Positions 1 to 10,403 of a DNA stretch of 64,000 nt are shown piece after piece. This DNA is from Candidatus Bathyarchaeota archaeon (lineage in GTDB: Archaea > Thermoproteota > Bathyarchaeia > Bathyarchaeales > Bathycorpusculaceae), in NCBI GenBank assembly GCA_963827165.1, contig CAWGZR010000009.1, positions 192,001-256,000 of the forward strand, in the 5' to 3' direction. How positions within the stretch are numbered: position 1 is the stretch's first letter; each line of letters starts with the position of its first letter. Position numbers and translations under genes: made by a program. Under the pieces are notes generated by a model that made no database searches, was not told the DNA's origin, and saw only the letters and a program-made list of their open reading frames with translations.

Positions 1-1715
1 TCCGTCGCGAAGGCGCGGGCTTCTTCCGAATTCATGCCTTTTTCCGTGAAGGCTTCCACTGTTTCCCTAAACCCAGCTAAGTTAATCATTCGGCTGCTGT
101 TTTCCAACCTAAAGTACACGTCGCCGCTGCCGGTTCGCAATAGGAAAGGCAGAGAGTTTCTACCAAATTGCTTAAGTGCGGCACTTTTTATACCTATGGC
201 GCGGGCGGCAAGCTCGAAGCGTTCCCTTACAAGTTCGAAAAACTTGTTTTTGTCCTTCTCGCATTCCAAAGCAATTCTAGGAAGGTTCAAGGTTACGCAG
301 CCCAGACTACCTGTACGTAAAGTGTCGGTTTCCCAGTCACCTGTCAAATCCGAAGCAAGCTTCGCTCCAGTAGAAGAATAAGCAGCATTTTCGTTTTCTT
401 TGCGAGATATATTAGCGAGGTAAGGTGCGCCTCTTTCAAGTGCTAGCTGATGTACTTTTAATAGAAGCCCCTTTGTGGTCTCGTCCGCGAAGGATTCTTT
501 GGCTACTCTCACAATCAATTTGGGATTGAGCAATGGCTTGCTTAGGCTTTCTTCCGAAAAAACCTGAATTACCAATGTAGCCAATAGCTGGCTCTCCGCC
601 TCGAAGTCGCCGTATTTACCGCAGAATTTTCCCAAGGGACCCACCGCCTCTTTCTCAGCGGTTGCCTTCGGAATGGAGAGATCAAGCGCCAATGTAGATT
701 GGGCATGCTGGTTCAGGTTCAAAATGAATAGCCGCAGGTTTTCTTTAAGACGAGGAGTTTCGACGCCTTTTGCAAATGGAGCAAGGAAAACGTTGAAGTA
801 CGTGCAGGTCTGGGCTTTGCTAACCTCTTTGTTGGCGTGAAGCAAAACGCTGAGGGCAACGGCGAGTGCCGATTCAAAGTCTCTTGGTGGCTCAATCGCG
901 GCTTGCAGTGGATTGTCCAATTTGAGGCCATTTTGCAGGAAAAATCGTAGGTCATGGTTAACTTCGCTCGGCTTGGTAATCCATGTACCTAAGCCGTCTA
1001 CGTGAATGGCGCCTGAAAGATGGGCGTCAGCAATGTCTCTTGGAAAAATGTTTAGCAGAGTGTACTCTTCCAAGACGGCTTCCCCCGCTTTGGTTATTAA
1101 GGCTGCTGAATCTGCTACTTGGTCTTTGGCTTCGATCGAGGCGGTTACCTCGTGGACCGGCATGCCGACCCGCGTTAGTTTATGGCGGTAATCTTCGTAG
1201 CCTTTCTCAATCAAGATGCCGTTCACGACTTCGCGTATTAACGCGGCTGTGAGATACTTTGTTTTAGATTTAATCAGTCGTTTTTCAGCTTCCTTAGCTG
1301 CTTTCTGCGCCAACTCAGCAGGAACCTTCGCCTCTTTAATGAGTGAATTAGCGATTTTGTTAACGTCGAATTCTTCCATCGTCAAATGCGAAGTACGAAC
1401 AACCATGCCTCTGGGTTTAACTGCCTTCGCTTCAACTCTGTCAGCTACATCCAAAACCATCTTGCCCAAGTCAGTGAGGTAATATTTTTTAGCATCAACA
1501 TCCGCCTCAACCAAATCAGCCTTCAACATGAACTTTAGATGATATGCAAATCTGCCTGCGTCCCGACTCGGATTCATCTTCAGCGCCATCATAAGCTCTG
1601 TATAGCTAAGAGCGGTTCGGTCAAAGAGCAAGTTGAGGATTTGCAGCCTAAGCGGTGAAGAAACAGCTTTAAGAACTTTGACGCCGCGTGCACGGAGCGG
1701 AGGCTGATTAACCAT
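1..1715 (-). CDS. ArsR-like wHTH + ATP-cone + class III (NrdD-like) ribonucleotide reductase fusion, probably catalytically inactive; 3' end runs off the window
   Basis: Not in the ORF track (no stop inside the window). Manual translation from ATG 1715: MVNQPPLRARGVKVLKAVSSPLRLQILNLL...GRFAYHLKFM (wHTH); VVRTSHLTMEEFDVNKIANSLIKEA...LTAALIREVVN (ATP cone); DAHLSGAIHV, HDLRFFLQNGL, GCVTLNLPRIA (NrdD-like core). The frame is open to base 3. Confidence 0.85.
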   Translation of the reverse strand, partial: MVNQPPLRARGVKVLKAVSSPLRLQILNLLFDRTALSYTELMMALKMNPSRDAGRFAYHLKFMLKADLVEADVDAKKYYLTDLGKMVLDVADRVEAKAVKPRGMVVRTSHLTMEEFDVNKIANSLIKEAKVPAELAQKAAKEAEKRLIKSKTKYLTAALIREVVNGILIEKGYEDYRHKLTRVGMPVHEVTASIEAKDQVADSAALITKAGEAVLEEYTLLNIFPRDIADAHLSGAIHVDGLGTWITKPSEVNHDLRFFLQNGLKLDNPLQAAIEPPRDFESALAVALSVLLHANKEVSKAQTCTYFNVFLAPFAKGVETPRLKENLRLFILNLNQHAQSTLALDLSIPKATAEKEAVGPLGKFCGKYGDFEAESQLLATLVIQVFSEESLSKPLLNPKLIVRVAKESFADETTKGLLLKVHQLALERGAPYLANISRKENENAAYSSTGAKLASDLTGDWETDTLRTGSLGCVTLNLPRIALECEKDKNKFFELVRERFELAARAIGIKSAALKQFGRNSLPFLLRTGSGDVYFRLENSSRMINLAGFRETVEAFTEKGMNSEEARAFAT

Positions 1716-1843
1716 AAACCCTTCCCCAACAGATCCAAATCGGTGCCACTCTTATTGTTCACGCAACCGTTTAAAGTTAACTAAGGACTTTATTTCTTGA
1801 TATCGCAGTCTTTTTATTGCGGTGTTTAAGAAGGAAAAGCGAT

Positions 1844-2234
1844 TTATTTTGGGGGTTGCGGAAAGAGTTTGAGGCTAAACGATTTCAATCGGCTAAAATG
1901 CTTGATGTTAAAGGTGTAGAGTTTCGCGTCGCTGTTTACGGCCATCGCGGCGATCATTGCATCGTTGTCTCTATTGACATTCCTTTTAATTCCATTTCAT
2001 ACTCAATCTTGCAAGACAAAAGAGCATCTGCATTGGTAAAATCTAAGAGGGGAATCAAAAGGATATCTTCGGACTGTTTTCCACACCTATACAAACCGTG
2101 AAGAACCTCATCCAATGAAATCGCGCTTTAAACATCTCTTCATCTTTCTCAAGAAAGAGTCTTAGAGCTTGATTGCCTTTTTAAGATTTCCCACCAAGTA
2201 TTTCTATAAGGACGTCAGATTCAAACAATATCAA
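1844..2234 (-). pseudogene. vapC: Disrupted VapC/PIN-domain toxin
   Basis: TTG start overlaps the antitoxin stop. Fragments ILFESDVLIEIL, LDEVLHGL and DAMIAAMAVNSDAKLYTFNIKHF are PIN motifs, separated by an in-frame TAA and frameshifts. Confidence 0.75.
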
Positions 2235-2461
2235 GAATAGCGATGCTCGGCTCTTTTTGAACGGATTTCAGACAACATTTCTTCTTTTTCACTATCACCA
2301 AATTCGACTGACCCCCTTATTTTTTTCAGAATTTCCGCAGTTGAGTTTTTTTCAGCTAAACGGTCAAGAAGTTCACTGAAGCTTTCATCCTTTCTCTTAG
2401 TAGAGAGAAGTTTTCGGTAGACTTCATCGCGGATTTTAATTGTCTTGACCAAACTGCTCAC
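2231..2461 (-). CDS. vapB: VapB-family antitoxin (DUF217-like)
   Basis: KTIKIRDEVYRKL...ESFSELLDRL signature; lies directly upstream of the PIN remnant. Confidence 0.8.
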   Translation of the reverse strand: MSSLVKTIKIRDEVYRKLLSTKRKDESFSELLDRLAEKNSTAEILKKIRGSVEFGDSEKEEMLSEIRSKRAEHRYS

Positions 2462-2508
2462 CCAACAAACTTGTGTTTAAACATACATTTGAACAGTATG
2501 TTATGATT

Positions 2509-2943
2509 TTACAAATTGCCTCTTAGCCAGGTTTTGACTGTTTCGTAGCTACAGAATAATGTGAGAATGGCTGTGGTGAGCACGGAGAACACGTATTCCC
2601 GGGTCAACTGTGCTGGCATCATAAAAGTCAACTCTACGGCCAGCGCAGCGACTGCGAAGATGGCGTAGAAGAGGAATCTTGGAATTAGGAAGCGGTTGAC
2701 TTTTACGCTGTTTTCCAAAAGGAACTTGCTGACTGTGAAGCCGCCGCATTCTCTCTTAAGCAAGCCGGCGTCTTCCAGCTTGGATAAGTGATAGGTTGCC
2801 ACTGACGGGCTGCTCATGTTGAGTGCTCTTTGCAGTTCGCGAGTTCCCACTGGCTTGTTGCTTTTCAGCAGAAAACGGTAAACTTCAAGAGTTGTTCCCC
2901 TGAGCACTTCTTTTGAGTCGTCGTCAGGCAAAGCAATCCACAA
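2509..2943 (-). CDS. wHTH transcriptional regulator with two C-terminal TM helices
   Basis: GTRELQRALNMSSPSVATYHLSKLEDAGL HTH followed by two hydrophobic segments. Confidence 0.75.
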   Translation of the reverse strand: MWIALPDDDSKEVLRGTTLEVYRFLLKSNKPVGTRELQRALNMSSPSVATYHLSKLEDAGLLKRECGGFTVSKFLLENSVKVNRFLIPRFLFYAIFAVAALAVELTFMMPAQLTREYVFSVLTTAILTLFCSYETVKTWLRGNL

Positions 2944-3093
2944 ACCCTCTCAATGGTGCATTGGGGAATTTAAAAACTCCTCCGAAACACGGTTTGATTG
3001 AACGTTCGAAACCTTAGAACAGGGAGCCTAAAATATAACATTAAATAACGGTTTGCGCCGTTTATTTCGGGTTAAAAAGCAGAGTGCAAGGTT

Positions 3094-3477
3094 GTGTATT
3101 TGCTGAATCGCAAAATGTTATTGGCGCCGTTTCTTGCTGTCGCGTTAGTTCTGTCGCTTTCAGTAGCGGTAAGCGTTTTGCCGGCTTCGCCTCAAAATAA
3201 ACCTTCAAACCCAACTCCATCTGTAAATTTTAATGCTTTTCCCCCAGCGCCCAGCAGTTCAGCGGGTTCCTACGGCATGGCGGCTCCGGCTCCTACGGCA
3301 CTTCCATCTACAGCACCCACCGCCATCCCCGAATCGCTCAAATCCTCCGTTGACCTCATACCCATTATATCCGTTGCAGCCGCGATAGTTGTTGGCGTCG
3401 TTTCCGCATTACTCTTCTTCTCTGAGAGAAGCCTCAAAAAAGAACTTGGCGACTCAGAGTCCCAAAGTAAAATATAG
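3094..3477 (+). CDS. Hypothetical membrane protein (signal anchor, P/S/A-rich linker, C-terminal TM)
   Basis: Hydrophobicity pattern of the ORF. Confidence 0.6.
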   Translation: MYLLNRKMLLAPFLAVALVLSLSVAVSVLPASPQNKPSNPTPSVNFNAFPPAPSSSAGSYGMAAPAPTALPSTAPTAIPESLKSSVDLIPIISVAAAIVVGVVSALLFFSERSLKKELGDSESQSKI

Positions 3478-3548
3478 GTTTGGGCAGTCTTTTTAGCAAA
3501 ACATTTAGGATTCCAAATGATTCAAATTGAAAAGGAGCGCACAAAGTT

Positions 3549-4088
3549 ATGTTGCCAGTTGACGTCTTAATCAGCGAGCACCGCCTAATCCTGTACACAA
3601 TCGGTGTCCTAAAGAAAGAGCAGCAAAAAGCGGTCGGAGCGAGAACGGTTGACGCAAGCTTCATTGTCTCAGCCGTTGATTTCTTCAGAACCTTCGCTGA
3701 CCGCTACCACCACGGTAAAGAAGAGGGCATCCTGTTCAACGAGCTTTACAAGAGGAAAATATCCGAAATCGACGCGGCGATGATGCGTGAACTCATTTTG
3801 GAGCATGCCACAGCACGGAGAACTGTGACTCTCCTTGAGAAGCAAGAAGCCAACTACATAGGCGGCAGCGCCGAAGCCTTGGGCAACATCCTTGAAGCCC
3901 TAAACACGCTGATTGAACTTTACCCTCGGCACATCGAAAAAGAAGACAAACATTTCTTTTACCAATCAATGACCTACTTCACGGAAAAAGAACAAAAAAA
4001 CATCCTCCAGAAATTCCAAGAATACAACCAAAACTTCACAGACAACAAATACAAACTGACAATCGAAACTTTGGAAAAGGGCATTTGA
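3549..4088 (+). CDS. Hemerythrin (HHE) domain protein
   Basis: EHRLI, HHGKEEGILF, EH and HIEKED motifs. Confidence 0.9.
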   Translation: MLPVDVLISEHRLILYTIGVLKKEQQKAVGARTVDASFIVSAVDFFRTFADRYHHGKEEGILFNELYKRKISEIDAAMMRELILEHATARRTVTLLEKQEANYIGGSAEALGNILEALNTLIELYPRHIEKEDKHFFYQSMTYFTEKEQKNILQKFQEYNQNFTDNKYKLTIETLEKGI

Positions 4089-4178
4089 AGCATGAACACA
4101 ATAGATAAGTGAACAACGGTCCTTTGCAGAGAATTTATCCCGTGCGCAATAACAAACTTAATCTGATCAATTTAACAT

Positions 4179-4427
4179 ATGGGAAATATGACCCAGATGA
4201 AGATGCCGAATTTAAGCGACGAGCGCAGGGATAATTTGCTCGGCGGAACCGCAATTATTCTGTTGGGCGTACTTCTCAGCGGGTCGGCTATTTGGGGAGC
4301 CGTTTTTAACATCTACTCCATGACTGGAGCGGCACCAGTACTGTTCTTCATTTTAGGCTTCGGATCAATCATTTTAGGCGTCGCAATAGTGCGGCATAAA
4401 CCTGAATCGGAAGCAAAACCCACTTAG
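4179..4427 (+). CDS. Small 2-TM hypothetical protein
   Basis: Two hydrophobic helices. Confidence 0.55.
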   Translation: MGNMTQMKMPNLSDERRDNLLGGTAIILLGVLLSGSAIWGAVFNIYSMTGAAPVLFFILGFGSIILGVAIVRHKPESEAKPT

Positions 4428-4452
4428 CAGAAACAAATAGAGAATAATTGCG

Positions 4453-5673
4453 TTAGAAGCTGACAAAGTTAAACTTGATTATCGCCACTACGCCCCATAG
4501 ATTAATCAGAAGACAAAGGAGTATCAATGCTTTTTCTTGCCAAGTTAGTTTTCCGCTCAGTCCCTTGGCAGTTAGCAACATTAGGAAGGGTGTAAAGTCG
4601 AGACTGAAGCGGTAGCCAAACTGGGTATAACCAACTTCACCGTGAGTTATTAGAATTGGAAGGATGCAAAGCACGGCTAACGCGGCCATTTTGCTGAGTT
4701 TATCCCATGGACCTTTGAAAATGAGTAAGAACGCAGGTGTGGTAAAGAACAGTCCCAGTCCCATCCAGTTGGGTTTAAAATAGGGAAAAGTGTTGAGGAG
4801 AATTGGTCCTTGGAAAAGAATCGCGTAAAGATTCCGTGGAATATAGGCTAGGCTGAATAGTCCATTTGTGTAGTTGGGGTCGCCTTTGATTATTAGGGTG
4901 TATCCAATGTCGAGAAACGTGTCGTAACGGGCATAATTGTACAACCCGTTTAAAATAACTGGGATTGCTAGGCCCACGAGGAAATAAACCGCTTGCTTAA
5001 ACCTCGGTTTCCATGCGTCGTTGTGTTCGTATATTAGGAGCAGGAAAAATGGGAACGCCAAAATTGTAGGGAGCCGTGCTAAGTAAGCGCAGCCTAAGAG
5101 GAACCCGACGAAAAAATCGTTTCTCTTGTATAGAGCCAATAATATTGCCGACGTTAAGAAGAGAACTGCAGTTACCTGTTCAATATACCATGCTGAACCA
5201 ACCGCGGCTATGAACCAGAAACATGTCCCAAACCCGAAAAGAGCCGTCAGCCACAACGCTTTGCTGCCCTTCGTGCCAGTTTTGGTCAACATAAGCCAAA
5301 TCAGAGAGCAACACAAGCTGGCAAGAGCAATTGACATTAAACTCTGATCAACCGAGGTGCCAAAAACAGCGACAAAAGGAAGCAGAAGGATCGCGGGCAT
5401 GGGCGGATAAACAACATAGTAATTACCATTATGATTTACGAGTTCAGCAAGCGCTGTCCCTGAGCCTGTAAGGCCTAGCCTACCGTGAAGGAAAGAGCTG
5501 GCTAAATAAACGAAGTGATCTTGACCAGGCGGCGGACCCTTACTAAGATAAAAAACCACAAAGCACACAAGCGCAATTATAATGAATTTTTTGGCAGTTC
5601 CTAAAGACTCAAACTTTGCATATTGCCGCTGCATTGCTTCATTAATCTTGCCTATCCAGCCAATCTTGTGCAT
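4453..5673 (-). CDS. Polytopic membrane protein, likely GT-C glycosyltransferase
   Basis: YVVYPPMPAILLLP, about 10 TM segments, FGYRFSLDF. Confidence 0.6.
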   Translation of the reverse strand: MHKIGWIGKINEAMQRQYAKFESLGTAKKFIIIALVCFVVFYLSKGPPPGQDHFVYLASSFLHGRLGLTGSGTALAELVNHNGNYYVVYPPMPAILLLPFVAVFGTSVDQSLMSIALASLCCSLIWLMLTKTGTKGSKALWLTALFGFGTCFWFIAAVGSAWYIEQVTAVLFLTSAILLALYKRNDFFVGFLLGCAYLARLPTILAFPFFLLLIYEHNDAWKPRFKQAVYFLVGLAIPVILNGLYNYARYDTFLDIGYTLIIKGDPNYTNGLFSLAYIPRNLYAILFQGPILLNTFPYFKPNWMGLGLFFTTPAFLLIFKGPWDKLSKMAALAVLCILPILITHGEVGYTQFGYRFSLDFTPFLMLLTAKGLSGKLTWQEKALILLCLLINLWGVVAIIKFNFVSF

Positions 5674-5841
5674 TCTTTTAACCTGACGATTCTTTGAATT
5701 TGCCGAAAGTAGCTTAAAACTTTTTGCACTTCTCAGTTTAGTTTTTCAAAATTTATTCAGTTCCTGCCCTCTTAGCACTAATAAGTTTAATGGTTTAAAA
5801 AAATAAAAAAAGAAAAAGGGTTTTGTTTTTACTTGTTTCGT

Positions 5842-8741
5842 TTATGGTCGTTTTCTTACCGTCAGCATTGCTAGTACGGCGATTCCCACGATTATCACGA
5901 TGATTATCGCGACGACTCCGTACATCAATGTGGTATTGGATGCGATGCCGCTAAGCGGTGTTGCCGTCGGTGCTGGTGTTGGTGGGGCTGCACTGGCGTA
6001 GATGTGTGTTTCGGCGGATGAGCCATAGTAAGAGTTTGAGCCTGCGAATGTTGCGGTGATTGTGAAGTTGCCTGTTATGTCTGGTGTCCAAGTGTAGGAG
6101 AATGTGCCGCTTGCGTCGGTGGTTGTTGCGCCGATGGTTCTGTAGTTGCCGTTAACGTCGAGAACGCTCAATGTGACCGGAACTCCGGTGGCGTTTGTTG
6201 GCTTTGGCTGTTGCATGTAAACGTATTCCATCCATTGACTTTGGCTTGCGTCAGATACGCATGGAACACCGTTTGGAAAATCTGCTGCCTGTTCAGCCTG
6301 TGTCGTGCCCGCTGAAATGTCTGTAACTGAACCCGTTATGGTTATTGGTGTGGCAGTCGTTGCGCCTATGTCAGGTGCGGTGACAGTGGTTTTGCTTGGT
6401 CCTTGACCGAAGGCATAAACTTGGTTGTCATACATGTTGTAGTTTACGTATTCGCCGGATGCAACGAGCCCAATTGGATATCCTGGTCCACCGTTGTCGC
6501 CACCCTGAAATTCTTCTGCCCAAATTTGTTTGCCAGTAGTTGCGTTGAGACAGTACAACATTTCGCCTTTATAGTATGGTGACTGAGCGCCGTTTCCATG
6601 CTGGTTGGTGTAAAAGTACACCTTTCCGTCGGCGATGCTAGATATCAAGGTTGGTAGAAGACCCCAAGGTGAATTGAGTCCGTCGTTTGTGGTGTTGCCT
6701 TCGCCGCCGTTGCCGAATTGCCAAAGAAGATTTCCGTTGGCTGTGTTATAGCACCATACCTCTCCGCCATAGCCTGTGACGTAAACGTTGCCGTAAGCGT
6801 TAGCAGCATTTTGTCCTATGCCTAGTCCACTGCCGAAGAATTGATAGCCCTGTGGGAACACTGTTGTTGTTGGACCCCATAGAAGAGTTCCAGTGTCTAA
6901 ACTGTAGCCAAGCCATTCCATGGTTTCTCCGATCATCATTGTGATTACGCGCGTTGTTGGATCTATATCAACGATTCTTTGGGTGTAGCTTCCTAAGTTA
7001 GGATTGTTTGTCATTTGATCTGGTGCAGCGTAATTCTTAACCCACATTACCGATCCTACTGCGCCTCTGCTTGCGTTGAGATTAATTGCCCACATTGTGA
7101 AGGGGTTTGGAGTGAACTGAGGACCAACGGCTTCCGATAGTCCGCTGCTTGTTCCCATTATGATGTCACCAGGTATAACCGCGTTGATCGTTGGACCAGT
7201 TATTGAGACTCCTGTAGCGGAGGTGGCGTTGATGGCAAGTCCGTTTAGATCAGCGTTTATTGTCACATTCCAAAGATATGCAGTCATGTATGCTGTAGCC
7301 GGAGTGCTTCCATAAACGGCATTAGCTGCTCCGTTGATTACTTGACCTTCTGGCCTGTACGGGCCTCCTGGGTTTGCAATGTTGAAAATCAGTGTGGTGG
7401 TATTCCATAGACCTAGCCAACCAGATTGTGTGGCAGTATTGTAGTCGAGGACATATCTTAGCAGGCTACCGCTTGAATCATATGCCGAAATTACGGTCTG
7501 TTCTTGCAGCAGTTGGCCATTTGTACCGTAGACGCTGTAGCTTTGTGGAACGTTTGTTATGTTAAATTCCCAGTTGCCAGTGAATCCATCGTAAGCCATC
7601 CACGTTACATTAGGCATCGTAGTTGGTGCTTCTTGGCCGGGGACAGTTGGTACTGGAGTTGCCGTGGGCAGGGTGAAAGATTGCCATAGGTAGCCGCTTG
7701 GGATGACACCAGATTGGTTAGGGTCAACTTCATTAAATAGTTGGCCCCATGTGGGATTGAAATAGGGATTACTGTTCGCCCATATGGTTTGTCCAGTGCG
7801 CAAGTTTAAGCAGACGTAAGATCCTCCGTAAGCTAGACCGTTTGATCCCGTGACAGTAGTGCTGCCGACCCCTCCGAAGGGCATTCTGAAGTAGAGATAT
7901 CCATCCATGACTATTGGGTTGATGAATCTGGGCTGGTATGAGCTTCCTGAATAGAAAGATGCGCCGAGTACTCCAGTGTTTGATCCTCCGACAATTCCAC
8001 CGAACTCTACTGGGTCTGTCCATAGTATGTGGCCGCTGTTTGGTGCTGTGCCTGAGTTCTGGAAAAGCTGGTAACCACTCTCATCTGTAGTGCCTAGTTG
8101 GGCTGACGATTGACCTAGCCAACTTGATGCGATACTATACCAGTTTGTATTCTGTCCGTTTATGGGGAAAGTCCAGTAAGAGGTTGGAAGCGGAGCGGAA
8201 GAAATATAGCCTAATGGCTGTTGCTGAACGGTGAAGGTTGTGCTTGTGGTGCTGGGTTCAAAAATGTCTCCTGCATAGGCATTAATTGAAGCAATTGTTG
8301 TCGCTGGAAGTGTGAATGCGGAAGTTACCTGTGATAGAGTTGGATATGTCATTCCTCCGAAAGTGAATGTCGCTGTGTAAGTTCCGGTCGTAGAAGGTAC
8401 GAAAGTAGTTGTTAGTTCACCACCTGGGTTAGCGACAACAGGCCAGCTTTGTGTGGTATTTGCTCCGCCAGGTGCAGTAATGGTTAGCTTGTAGTTTTCT
8501 TTTCTGATGTTGTTAGCGGTACCGGCATTAGCGAGAGGCTGAGCTGTCCATATGCTGATTGTTTCCGTTTGGCCAACACCTACTGGATTAGGTGCAAGAG
8601 AGATGAAGGCCTGATCTGTGACATGCCATGCTGGGGTTATGTGCATAGCTGAGGGTATAAGTGTTAATGAAGTCTGTCATTGATAGAATGAAGAATATCG
8701 AAATCACTATAGTTGCAATCTTATTTTTTAAGATTTTTCAT
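5842..8741 (-). CDS. Large PQQ-like beta-propeller cell-surface protein with C-terminal TM anchor; signal peptide separated by a 1-nt frameshift near 8675
   Basis: ORF 5842..8646 plus upstream MKNLKNKIATIVISIFFILSMT from ATG 8741. Has W-x(n)-TG..W repeats and a conserved VTDISAG..PNGVPCVSD..MEYVYMQQP block. Confidence 0.85.
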
Positions 8742-8773
8742 GTTTATTCTTTCCTTCCTTAATTTGTCTTTTT

Positions 8774-8856
8774 ATCGAGTAAAAAAGGCGTAAATGAACC
8801 ATAAAAAAAAGCTTTTTGTAGCTGTGATTTACGACATTTACGTTTTTCTACTCGAT
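8774..8856 (-). promoter_or_regulatory. Long 5'-leader hairpin upstream of the surface-protein gene
   Basis: ATCGAGTAAAAAAGGCGTAAATG (8774-8796) is the near-perfect inverse of CATTTACGTTTTTCTACTCGAT (8835-8856). TATA-like TATTATAA on the minus strand at 8883-8890. Confidence 0.6.
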
Positions 8857-9121
8857 CGCGCTTACTACACTACCAATTTTCCTTATAATACTTATGCAAT
8901 TTAAGGGCAGGCACCGCAGACCACTAAGCTTTTGATGAAATCCGATGCATTTTCTGTCGATGGCCCTTAAGCAGACAATCTTGCGCATTCCTGTTACCTG
9001 TCAATTTTTTGAATTTGGCGAGAGCAACTTGAAGCTTTTTGTAAATGCCTGCTCGTAGGAAGACCCAAGGCGCCAACGTGAAAATAACCAGCGATGTTTC
9101 GAAGCGTCTTGATTCAAAAAT

Positions 9122-10336
9122 TTATTGTTCTTCCAGCCAATTTCTTGAATTCATCACTGTTTTTCCCGCAACCTTCAAAGTCAATGCCCCTTCGTAGGGA
9201 CATTCCTCAACGCATCGAGCACAAAGTATACATCGCGATTCTGTTACGTCGCCGCCTTTTTTCTCGTACACAGCTGTCGCTTGAGTTGGACAAACGCGTT
9301 TGCAAACTCCACATTTGGTGCATTTTTGGGCGTTTTTACTCAAACGTGTCATAGCGATTTGTTTGAAAGGGGTAAAAGTGCTAAACAAAGCGGTTAACCC
9401 GCCCAAGGGGCAGATTCTACACCAGAACCGCCTATAGGCTAAAGCTAAAACTGTGATAGCACTTAAGACGGCTAAATTTATGGATGTAACGTAAAACCCC
9501 AAGGTCCATAGTGGCCCAGAGGTTATTCTCGAGACGTATGAAAATTTCATTTCGCCCAGCGCACATTCAATCAGAATACAAAGAGGCCGCATCGGACAAA
9601 CCAGACAGAAAGGCTGTTCCAAATTGCCGACATTGCCCGCTTGTCCCGTGGGTCCCGCAGGTGTTGTTCCTGGAATAAGCTGGGCGCCAAAAATGGCGTA
9701 TGAAGCAAAAATGACGCTGAGAAGTAAAATGACGGTTATGATAATATAGCGTGATTGTGAAATTGCAGAGCTTGTTTTTTTGGAAAGGTGCAAATGTCGG
9801 AGCCTTGAGGTTTTGCGAATTCGGGTTAACACATCCTGATAGAGGCCGAAGGGGCATAGCCAACCGCAGAAAAACCTTCCCAAAATTATAGACGCGACCG
9901 CAACCAAACAAATGACGACACCTATTTTTTCTAAACCTGAGGTAGAGTATATTGCTTCATACCCGTTTGAAAAGTTCCAGTACGGGAAAATGTAGGCTTG
10001 AAGTTGCCAAAGAGCGCAAGTGACTGTTCGACCATTTGAGTAGTAACATGCTAAAACGGGAATAGAGAAACCATCTGGAAACTGGTTCTTCAAAAAACTG
10101 GCTCCAAGTAACAGGCTTCGCGGCGAAGATCCAATGGGCTGCCACATCGGTGTATCGAAAGGACCCGACACAAGCCCCATAAATATTGCAACGAGCGAGT
10201 TTACTTGTATGAAAAGCCTCAACGAGCTAACTTTACTGGTTTTGTTTTTGGACAGTTTAACGATAAGGTAGATCCCCACCAGTATTACTGCGACGAATAC
10301 AGGTAACACAATGTTGATGGGGAGCTCCCACGTCAT
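9122..10336 (-). CDS. Membrane-bound 4Fe-4S polyferredoxin (NapH/MauN family)
   Basis: GRFFCGWLCPFG, FCLVCP and FWCRICPLG motifs, and two CxxCxxCxxxCP clusters. Confidence 0.9.
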   Translation of the reverse strand: MTWELPINIVLPVFVAVILVGIYLIVKLSKNKTSKVSSLRLFIQVNSLVAIFMGLVSGPFDTPMWQPIGSSPRSLLLGASFLKNQFPDGFSIPVLACYYSNGRTVTCALWQLQAYIFPYWNFSNGYEAIYSTSGLEKIGVVICLVAVASIILGRFFCGWLCPFGLYQDVLTRIRKTSRLRHLHLSKKTSSAISQSRYIIITVILLLSVIFASYAIFGAQLIPGTTPAGPTGQAGNVGNLEQPFCLVCPMRPLCILIECALGEMKFSYVSRITSGPLWTLGFYVTSINLAVLSAITVLALAYRRFWCRICPLGGLTALFSTFTPFKQIAMTRLSKNAQKCTKCGVCKRVCPTQATAVYEKKGGDVTESRCILCARCVEECPYEGALTLKVAGKTVMNSRNWLEEQ

Positions 10337-10403
10337 CTTGCGTTTCTTCCTATTTGTTGTTTAACTCTGAATCTTTGCTGACTGCCATAACCTATTCTCC
10401 CAG

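Noticed and set aside
8901-8970. TTAAGGGC/GCCCTTAA inverted repeat enclosing TGATGA as a C/D sRNA
   Set aside because: No properly placed CTGA D box; an 8-bp inverted repeat can arise by chance
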